Assembly: GCA_045631825.1 (NCBI GenBank)
Contig: JAZQVQ010000121.1
Location: 1,129-65,128, forward strand
Source of the DNA: Eubacteriales bacterium
Lineage (GTDB): Bacteria; Bacillota; Clostridia; Oscillospirales; CAG-382
Direction of reading: 5' to 3'
Length of the DNA stretch: 64,000 bases
Positions 46,050-51,554 of the stretch are shown piece after piece. Both the position numbers and the translations under genes were made by a program. The notes beneath the pieces were generated by a model. It did not search any database, had not been told where the DNA came from, and saw only the letters and a list, made by a program, of their open reading frames with translations. Each line of letters begins with the position of its first letter. The stretch's first letter is position 1.

Positions 46050-46442
46050 ATGATAAAAATCGTAGAAGAAATCGGAATTAGAGAGTTTAAACCTTGGTCG
46101 GGGGCAGTAGACCCCTTCAATGAAATTGAAGAATGTGGCAAACTGGACCAATTTGAGCAGTTGATTGAACAGTTATACCCAGAGGGAATTTCTCGCACTG
46201 GTATCAATGATTGGCTCTGGCACGAAACAGAAAGCCTCTACGAGGCTCTCGGTATGATACGCTCGGAATCTGAACTCCAAGACATCATCACCGACAATGT
46301 CATAGAACCAAACGCTGATTTAGACCAATTTCTCGACTCAGAGGATTTTAACTGCTATGAACGGGACAAAATCAGAACCAATTTTGAGGATTGGGTGGAC
46401 GATTACCAGTTTTTGCACGATTTGGGAAAATATGCCGACTAA
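46050..46442 (+). CDS. strongly acidic hypothetical protein
   Basis: 130 aa, roughly one quarter Asp/Glu by eye, with GAAAGGATAC upstream. Confidence 0.65.
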   Translation: MIKIVEEIGIREFKPWSGAVDPFNEIEECGKLDQFEQLIEQLYPEGISRTGINDWLWHETESLYEALGMIRSESELQDIITDNVIEPNADLDQFLDSEDFNCYERDKIRTNFEDWVDDYQFLHDLGKYAD

Positions 46443-46532
46443 AGTTTGGTAGTATCGGTGGAGGCAGTCGAGAGGTGGGCGTGGGCAGTTTTTGACCAAA
46501 ATTGCCCAAATTAACAAAAGTTGTAATTTTTA

Positions 46533-46724
46533 CACTTAAGAAGCAGAAGTCATTGATTTTATTGAATCTGGTATGTCACTTTACTTTTTCTAACTCGGTT
46601 TCCCTGAAAAAAAATGGGGTAAAAATATATAAAAAGGGTAAAAAATATATATATAAAAGCGAGTTGAAGAATCTTAAGTGACATATCGGATTCAATGTTT
46701 TCAATGACTTACGCTTCTTAAGTG
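46533..46724 (+). repeat. large inverted repeat (49-nt arms, 94-nt AT-rich spacer)
   Basis: Arms 46533-46581 and 46676-46724 pair at 41 Watson-Crick plus 3 G-T positions out of 49. The core contains GGGTAAAAA(A)TATATA twice. Confidence 0.85.
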
Positions 46725-46750
46725 ACATTTTGAGAACCCCAAAATGGCAT

Positions 46751-46771
46751 TTTTGTCTAATTTTTGTCTAA
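46751..46771 (+). repeat. TTTTGTCTAA doublet (copy B)
   Basis: TTTTGTCTAATTTTTGTCTAA. Compare 42404-42424. Confidence 0.8.
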
Positions 46772-46881
46772 AATTACCCATTTTTCATAAACGAAAGTAG
46801 TAAAGTCAACCAAGTGTATAAGCATACCAAAGTTTTAACATCAAAAAATCACAAAAAACTGATTTTTTCTACCTAAAACAC

Positions 46882-46910
46882 TTGACAATACTACAAAAGT
46901 ATGCTATAAT
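46882..46910 (+). promoter_or_regulatory. consensus sigma70 promoter P4 with extended -10
   Basis: CTTGACAATACTACAAAAGTATGCTATAAT. Confidence 0.85.
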
Positions 46911-46918
46911 AAAGGTAT

Positions 46919-46947
46919 CCAAGCAGGAAAAGGGACTCACTGCTTGG
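46919..46947 (+). repeat. 5'-terminal leader hairpin (hairpin C, copy 1)
   Basis: CCAAGCAG-GAAAAGGGACTCA-CTGCTTGG, starting about 8 nt after the -10 of P4. Confidence 0.75.
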
Positions 46948-46986
46948 GTATTTCAATCCAACTGCTTGGGTGGTTCGGATTACACA

Positions 46987-47034
46987 CCCCACAACCCCAC
47001 AACCCAGCAACCCCACAACCCCACAACCCCACAA
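46987..47034 (+). repeat. octamer tandem repeat (CCCCACAA) x6
   Basis: Five exact units plus one CCCAGCAA variant, in the 5' leader of the 47073 gene. The complement is TTGTGGGG x6. Confidence 0.95.
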
Positions 47035-47036
47035 CA

Positions 47037-47050
47037 GAGTCCCGAGACTC
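47037..47050 (+). repeat. hairpin-B family copy
   Basis: GAGTC-CCGA-GACTC, 22 nt upstream of the ATG at 47073. Confidence 0.85.
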
Positions 47051-47072
47051 CAACAGATGAAAGGAAAAGCAA

Positions 47073-47366
47073 ATGAAAACGGAGTATATTTCGCAAGAGA
47101 ACGCAGACAGATTGTATCGGATATTAAACCGTGCAAGTGGTTGTTATTTCAAGGTTTATGACACAGAGTCGCACGTTATTACGACGAGGTTTCCAGAGAA
47201 GTTGATTATGGCGATTGACGGAGGGGACGAGGAGATTCGGATAGAGATTTACGACCACAGCGAGCGTGTATATCGTGGGACATTGTATTTACTGCCGTAT
47301 GAGGAGGATTCGATGCCTTACGATTGGTCTGACAACGCATTTATGGACAAGTTATTAGATTTTTGA
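47073..47366 (+). CDS. hypothetical protein
   Basis: 97-aa ORF with GAAAGGAAAAGCAA upstream. Confidence 0.65.
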   Translation: MKTEYISQENADRLYRILNRASGCYFKVYDTESHVITTRFPEKLIMAIDGGDEEIRIEIYDHSERVYRGTLYLLPYEEDSMPYDWSDNAFMDKLLDF

Positions 47367-47411
47367 GGGCGTAGAAAACTATCTAAACTAAAATGATTTG
47401 TCAAGTAAAAC

Positions 47412-47435
47412 CCACCTCGCCTATCGGCTCGGTGG
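47412..47435 (+). repeat. hairpin-A family copy (CCACC stem, TATC loop)
   Basis: CCACCTCGCC-TATC-GGCTCGGTGG. Confidence 0.85.
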
Positions 47436-47448
47436 AGGAAGATGACAC

Positions 47449-47464
47449 GGAGTCCCGAGACTCC
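47449..47464 (+). repeat. hairpin-B family copy
   Basis: GGAGTC-CCGA-GACTCC, 34 nt upstream of the ATG at 47499. Confidence 0.9.
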
Positions 47465-47498
47465 ACATTACAACTAAAAATTGAGAAAGGAAAATAAA

Positions 47499-47948
47499 AT
47501 GGAAAAAACTATAACATTTAAAATTGATAAGAATCGCAAAGCAGAGATTGAGATTACCTTGGGTGATGAGGGACGGTTTTCTGTCTGTGGTAGTTTGTAT
47601 GAAAAGAATCGGTCCAAATGGGAGTGTGAGTATTGTGGACAATGTTTGGACTCGCTTTCCGAGTTGATTACTGACCCATTATTTACGCAGATTTATTTCT
47701 TATGGAAACGGTATCATTTGAATGATTTGCACGCAGGGACTCCTGTGCAGGAGTATGCGTTGGAACATTCCCCCATTGGTTCTTTGTTGGAAGCTGATTA
47801 CAAACACCGTTGTGAGTATTTAAAATCCATTGGTTTATATGAGGTCAGTGGGTATAAGTATGGACACGGTTGGTTGACTGAAACTATCGAACCACACGAT
47901 TTGGAATTGATAAAAAGCATCGCAACAGGCGAACGCAACCTCGCCTGA
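47499..47948 (+). CDS. hypothetical protein
   Basis: ATG follows GAAAGGAAAATAAA. Its TGA stop lies in the loop of the next hairpin-A copy. Confidence 0.65.
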   Translation: MEKTITFKIDKNRKAEIEITLGDEGRFSVCGSLYEKNRSKWECEYCGQCLDSLSELITDPLFTQIYFLWKRYHLNDLHAGTPVQEYALEHSPIGSLLEADYKHRCEYLKSIGLYEVSGYKYGHGWLTETIEPHDLELIKSIATGERNLA

Positions 47949-47960
47949 CGGCTCGGTTGC
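47935..47960 (+). repeat. hairpin-A family copy (GCAACC stem, TGAC loop)
   Basis: GCAACCTCGCC-TGAC-GGCTCGGTTGC. Confidence 0.85.
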
Positions 47961-47970
47961 TAAATAAAAC

Positions 47971-47986
47971 GGAGTCCCGAGACTCC
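47971..47986 (+). repeat. hairpin-B family copy
   Basis: GGAGTC-CCGA-GACTCC, 23 nt upstream of the ATG at 48010. Confidence 0.9.
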
Positions 47987-48009
47987 AACAACCAAGAAAG
48001 GAAAATAAA

Positions 48010-48357
48010 ATGATTACAGTGCAAATGGAAGAAAGTGATGTTTTGGATTTATTTATCCAGCGTATAAATTATTGGACAACAGACCCAGTCGTTGCCAATT
48101 TATATACCGATATGTATGAAAGATTGCTCGAAGATGGGTGTTTCAATCACACCCAACTGGATATACAGAGAATCGTAGATAACGATTATGTGAATAACTG
48201 CTCAATCATATATTCAGACGACCCAGATTTCGATAAATACTTTAAGATTTACGAGGAACGGGGTGCGTGCGATATATCTGACGAGGATTTATCTTATTCA
48301 TATATCGAATCGGTAGATAATGACGATGAACCAACAATGATGTTGGTGCGTAGATAA
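48010..48357 (+). CDS. acidic hypothetical protein
   Basis: 115-aa ORF with GAAAGGAAAATAAA upstream. Confidence 0.65.
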   Translation: MITVQMEESDVLDLFIQRINYWTTDPVVANLYTDMYERLLEDGCFNHTQLDIQRIVDNDYVNNCSIIYSDDPDFDKYFKIYEERGACDISDEDLSYSYIESVDNDDEPTMMLVRR

Positions 48358-48401
48358 AAAAAAAAACCCGTCAAGTGCTTTTTTATCCGAAAAGCACTTG
48401 A
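48356..48401. other. A10 tract plus 13-bp perfect hairpin that includes the -35 of P5
   Basis: GTCAAGTGCTTTT (48369-81) pairs with AAAAGCACTTGAC (48389-401). Read on the minus strand, this is a hairpin followed by a T-run. Confidence 0.6.
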
Positions 48402-48425
48402 CAATATAACCAAAGTATGCTATAA
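48397..48425 (+). promoter_or_regulatory. consensus sigma70 promoter P5 with extended -10
   Basis: CTTGACAATATAACCAAAGTATGCTATAAT. Confidence 0.85.
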
Positions 48426-48433
48426 TGTATTTA

Positions 48434-48462
48434 TCAAGGCAGGAAAAGGGACTCACTGCTTT
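48434..48462 (+). repeat. 5'-terminal leader hairpin (hairpin C, copy 2)
   Basis: CAAGGCAG-GAAAAGGGACTCA-CTGCTTTG. The 13-nt loop is identical to copy 1, and the stem carries a paired G/T insertion. Confidence 0.7.
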
Positions 48463-48469
48463 GACCGAA

Positions 48470-48493
48470 CCCACCTCGCCTATCGGCTCGGTG
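48470..48493 (+). repeat. hairpin-A family copy
   Basis: CCACCTCGCC-TATC-GGCTCGGTGG. Confidence 0.85.
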
Positions 48494-48500
48494 GAGAACA

Positions 48501-48514
48501 GAGTCCCGAGACTC
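48501..48514 (+). repeat. hairpin-B family copy
   Basis: GAGTC-CCGA-GACTC, flanked on both sides by hairpin-A copies. Confidence 0.85.
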
Positions 48515-48519
48515 AAACA

Positions 48520-48541
48520 CACCTCGCCTATCGGCTCGGTG
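48520..48541 (+). repeat. hairpin-A family copy (shortened outer stem)
   Basis: CACCTCGCC-TATC-GGCTCGGTG. Confidence 0.8.
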
Positions 48542-48562
48542 GAAGAATGAAAGGAAATTACA

Positions 48563-49054
48563 ATGAGAGAATCAACAAAATATAATAAAATCATCGGTAT
48601 TGCGAATGGTTCGGTTTATGTGTTAGAAGAAACCTTTACATACTCTGGCGAGTTTAAAGGTTGCTGTGGATACACAATGTCCACGATTTCGCAGGATTAT
48701 ATTGACGAACGCAATGATGTCGATTGGTTGTGCGATAATTATGATTATGTATGGCGTGAGGCTGTGCAAGCACAGCAAACAACAATGGGTCTTGAGGATT
48801 TTATGGACGATTGGGTGCGTAATTGTTGTGAGTTGTTTCCGACAGACGACTCCTCGTTTCGTATGGATTTCGAACAAGCGTTGGAAGATGCTCGTCCAGA
48901 GGTTGCCAAAAAAGTTATTGAGTATTTTGGTGCTGACAGCGAGGATTTTGGTGCTTGGAACAACGAGGGTTGTGGGCGTTGTTTTCACAAAGATATGGAA
49001 TGGGACGAATTGTTTGAACCAGAACTTTGGGAAATGATTCGTGCTACCGAATAG
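48563..49054 (+). CDS. acidic, Cys-containing hypothetical protein
   Basis: 163-aa ORF with GAAAGGAAATTACA upstream. Confidence 0.65.
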   Translation: MRESTKYNKIIGIANGSVYVLEETFTYSGEFKGCCGYTMSTISQDYIDERNDVDWLCDNYDYVWREAVQAQQTTMGLEDFMDDWVRNCCELFPTDDSSFRMDFEQALEDARPEVAKKVIEYFGADSEDFGAWNNEGCGRCFHKDMEWDELFEPELWEMIRATE

Positions 49055-49060
49055 ATGAAC

Positions 49061-49086
49061 GCAACCTCGCCTGACGGCTCGGTTGC
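49061..49086 (+). repeat. hairpin-A family copy (GCAACC stem, TGAC loop)
   Basis: The 35-nt block GAACGCAACCTCGCCTGACGGCTCGGTTGCTAAAT is identical to 47931-47965. Confidence 0.85.
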
Positions 49087-49100
49087 TAAATGAAAAACTC

Positions 49101-49123
49101 GGAGTCCCGAGTCTCGGGACTCC
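49101..49123 (+). repeat. expanded hairpin-B variant (23-nt perfect palindrome)
   Basis: GGAGTCCCGAG-T-CTCGGGACTCC, 23 nt upstream of the ATG at 49147. Confidence 0.9.
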
Positions 49124-49146
49124 ATAACACAAGAAAGGAAAATAAA

Positions 49147-49740
49147 ATGAAAACAGTAAATTACACGAATTTGTCAACAGCAATTTTTCAAGGGTTTTAT
49201 GAATCAAACTTGTATAATGCTGATAGCGAATACTATGCTAGAGAATACTTGGGGGAAGATTGCGAACTGCAAGATTTTAAAGGTTTTTGTAATAAGGTAG
49301 CCAAAAAGGCAGGCGATTTGTTGCACGAACAGGTTGTGTGGGACGACTCGCTTATCCAACGGATTGATTTCGTTGAGTTAGATAGTCCAGAGTTTTACAA
49401 TTACCGAACGGACCGATTGGTTTTGTCTGTTGATGTAGACACGGACGGTTTAGAGGAGTATTGCTTTGAAGAACACGCCGAAAAGTTTGCGAAGTATTTG
49501 GAAGATAATTTTACTTCTTATGACGGTTTCCATTCGTTTATTCGCAACACGCTCGGTGGTTTCAAGGAACAGTATGTTGAGGAAGATAAAAAGGGTCGCT
49601 GTTTGGATGTAATGATTGAGTTTTATATCTTACAAAACATCGATTTGGATTCGTATCAACTGGCTTTGGTTGAGTGTGCGAATGAAGAACTTTATAACTA
49701 TATGACAACCACCTCGCCTGACGGCTCGGTGGAGAACTGA
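49147..49740 (+). CDS. acidic hypothetical protein
   Basis: ATG follows GAAAGGAAAATAAA. The C-terminal codons TTSPDGSVEN are encoded by a hairpin-A copy. Confidence 0.65.
   Translation: MKTVNYTNLSTAIFQGFYESNLYNADSEYYAREYLGEDCELQDFKGFCNKVAKKAGDLLHEQVVWDDSLIQRIDFVELDSPEFYNYRTDRLVLSVDVDTDGLEEYCFEEHAEKFAKYLEDNFTSYDGFHSFIRNTLGGFKEQYVEEDKKGRCLDVMIEFYILQNIDLDSYQLALVECANEELYNYMTTTSPDGSVEN
49709..49732 (+). repeat. hairpin-A family copy (CCACC stem, TGAC loop) inside a CDS 3' end
   Basis: CCACCTCGCC-TGAC-GGCTCGGTGG. Confidence 0.85.
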
Positions 49741-49752
49741 AAGGAAAATAAA

Positions 49753-50031
49753 ATGAAAAATATACCGACAATTAGTTATGGTTTAATGGCAGAAGTTGTC
49801 AGAACCATTGAACACTTAAAAACTTTTAACTTTACCGATTTATCCGAAGTATCAGAACGACTTGATGTTTATGATTTTGGTGAGTATTATTGTGATTTCA
49901 CATTTTCATTGGGTGATTCGGAAATCGTGATTGAGGGAAGTTATTATATCGGGGATAAGGGTAACATAACTCTTTCCGATTGCTTTTCCGTATTTAATTC
50001 AGAAGCAGAACTTTTGTTGGAGGTAGATTAA
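49753..50031 (+). CDS. hypothetical protein
   Basis: 92-aa ORF with GAAAGGAAAATAAA upstream. Confidence 0.6.
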   Translation: MKNIPTISYGLMAEVVRTIEHLKTFNFTDLSEVSERLDVYDFGEYYCDFTFSLGDSEIVIEGSYYIGDKGNITLSDCFSVFNSEAELLLEVD

Positions 50032-50325
50032 ATGAAAATACTAATTGACACAAATTACAACACAGAACTTATGGCAGAAATTGGCTGTGAAATACAGGAA
50101 GTTAAACGTTTTATCGAAAATAAAACCTTTGAGGAATGTTATGATAATTTCCCGTGGGAAATAACCTGTGTTGTCACAGACGACTCTTTGTTCGATTTCT
50201 ATACGGATAGTTTGTCTGGAACAATCGAAAAGGGTGTAGACGGTAAAGCACAAACATCTGGTGTTTGGAGTTATTACCGAAACGGCGAATGTATTTTTGA
50301 TTTTGAGGAGAGTCACGATGATTAA
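50032..50325 (+). CDS. hypothetical protein
   Basis: 97-aa ORF that abuts the previous stop. Confidence 0.6.
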   Translation: MKILIDTNYNTELMAEIGCEIQEVKRFIENKTFEECYDNFPWEITCVVTDDSLFDFYTDSLSGTIEKGVDGKAQTSGVWSYYRNGECIFDFEESHDD

Positions 50326-50572
50326 ATGTGATGAAGATGGAAACGAAGTCAACACTGGCTCGTATTGGAAGTTTATTGAGGCTTATTATCCTAATTACGA
50401 TTCTTCCGATGAAATATGCGATAGCAACGATTTCAGCTTGTGGTTAGAGTGCGAACGAGCCAACCCACCGATGGGCTTGGAAAATTGTATTAAAAATGAA
50501 GTAGTGATTTTTGAAAAAGCACTGCGAAACTATATTAAATTAAGAAAGGAAAATAACAATGAAAACTTATGA
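50318..50572 (+). CDS. hypothetical protein
   Basis: ATG at 50318 has GAGGAG upstream. The ORF overlaps the previous stop. Confidence 0.55.
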   Translation: MIKCDEDGNEVNTGSYWKFIEAYYPNYDSSDEICDSNDFSLWLECERANPPMGLENCIKNEVVIFEKALRNYIKLRKENNNENL

Positions 50573-50798
50573 AATTACTTATTGGGAAAAAGAAAGTGTT
50601 TGGGTTGAAAGACGCACACTGGTAAAAACGAAACACGATTTGAATAAAGCCATTGAAGATGGGGACGAAGAAATCCTGAAAGAAGCCATCGAAGACAACG
50701 CTCTTGATTATATTCAAGCTGATTATAATTGGGAAACGGCAGAACACGAAGATTATGACTTCGAAGAAGTTATGGTCGAGGAGATTCAAAATGATTAA
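50559..50798 (+). CDS. acidic hypothetical protein
   Basis: 79-aa ORF with GAAAGGAAAATAAC upstream. Confidence 0.55.
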   Translation: MKTYEITYWEKESVWVERRTLVKTKHDLNKAIEDGDEEILKEAIEDNALDYIQADYNWETAEHEDYDFEEVMVEEIQND

Positions 50799-51024
50799 AA
50801 TATACGACTTACCGAAAAGCAATAACAAAGCAAAGGTTGTTATCGATGATGAGGGTGTTTATACTCTCGTGAGTTATAACACACCCATTATCGAACAATA
50901 TCCAGACGGCACATTAAAACGCCTTTACGATGGGTGGACTGCCACCACAGGGCGACACATCAAAGCGTTCTGTGAACTGGATAAAAAGAAGTTTATGGCA
51001 TTACCATTAAATGAAAGGATTTAA
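50791..51024 (+). CDS. hypothetical protein
   Basis: ATG at 50791 has GAGGAG upstream. The ORF overlaps the previous stop. Confidence 0.55.
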   Translation: MIKIYDLPKSNNKAKVVIDDEGVYTLVSYNTPIIEQYPDGTLKRLYDGWTATTGRHIKAFCELDKKKFMALPLNERI

Positions 51025-51026
51025 AA

Positions 51027-51227
51027 ATGGAAGATATAGAAGATTTGAAATATCGAATTGAAGAACTTGAACAACAAAACTCGTTTGAATGTCAATGCGT
51101 ATCAGAACGGGACGAAAAGTTGGCTAAAATCCGACGGCGTATCCTATTGGACGTTTATCCGAAAGCGATAAACAACCCCGACATTCAACACCAACTTATT
51201 GAACTTTTAAAATTGATTGAGGAATGA
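51027..51227 (+). CDS. hypothetical coiled-coil protein
   Basis: 66-aa ORF with AAAGGA upstream. Confidence 0.55.
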   Translation: MEDIEDLKYRIEELEQQNSFECQCVSERDEKLAKIRRRILLDVYPKAINNPDIQHQLIELLKLIEE

Positions 51228-51230
51228 AAA

Positions 51231-51554
51231 ATGACAACGGTTAACATTGATTTACAAGAAGTGGCAATCAGTGCTTTCAAAGAGATTTTAGAGGAATACT
51301 CTTTGGATTGTTTGGTTTATGATATTGCTATCGCAAACCCACAGTGGTGGTCAGATACATTCAAACCTGTAATTGATGAATCAATTAAACAGGCTTTTAT
51401 GAAAAAAGGTGAAAAGATTTTGAAGGAAGTAATGGAATCGGTTATTTCTGAATCTGATTTAGATTATCTAATTGAACGAAAAGTTGAAGAAATCGTCACC
51501 CCTATTGTTAAAGAACAAATTATGAAAGGATTTAAAAATGCAAAAGGAATTTGA
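51231..51554 (+). CDS. hypothetical protein
   Basis: 107-aa ORF, tightly packed against its neighbours. Confidence 0.55.
   Translation: MTTVNIDLQEVAISAFKEILEEYSLDCLVYDIAIANPQWWSDTFKPVIDESIKQAFMKKGEKILKEVMESVISESDLDYLIERKVEEIVTPIVKEQIMKGFKNAKGI

Noticed and set aside
46882-47161. ORF-track entries 46882..47076 (+), 46970..47161 (+) and 46891..47136 (-) encoding PHNPTT-type repeats
   Set aside because: They arise from the CCCCACAA octamer repeat staying open in several frames. 46882 starts at the TTG of the P4 -35 hexamer. None has an RBS, and the real gene starts at 47073 with the canonical leader.
47376-47404. Minus-strand promoter-like match (TTGACA-17-TAGTTT) antisense to gene 47073
   Set aside because: The -10 is weak, there is no downstream minus-strand ORF or structure, and it is a single occurrence. 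I mention it only as a possible source of the antisense transcription discussed for the reverse terminators.
48623-49207. 194-aa minus-strand ORF and overlapping alternative frames (48666..49037 +, 48745..48963 -)
   Set aside because: They overlap the cassette-supported genes 48563..49054 and 49147..49740 and run through hairpin-A and hairpin-B elements. None has an RBS.
42436-49732. Repeated short palindromic elements that could be mistaken for a CRISPR array
   Set aside because: Spacing is irregular, from about 100 to 1800 bp. The units are only 14-26 nt long. The intervening sequence consists of promoters, ribosome-binding sites and ORFs, and no cas genes are present.
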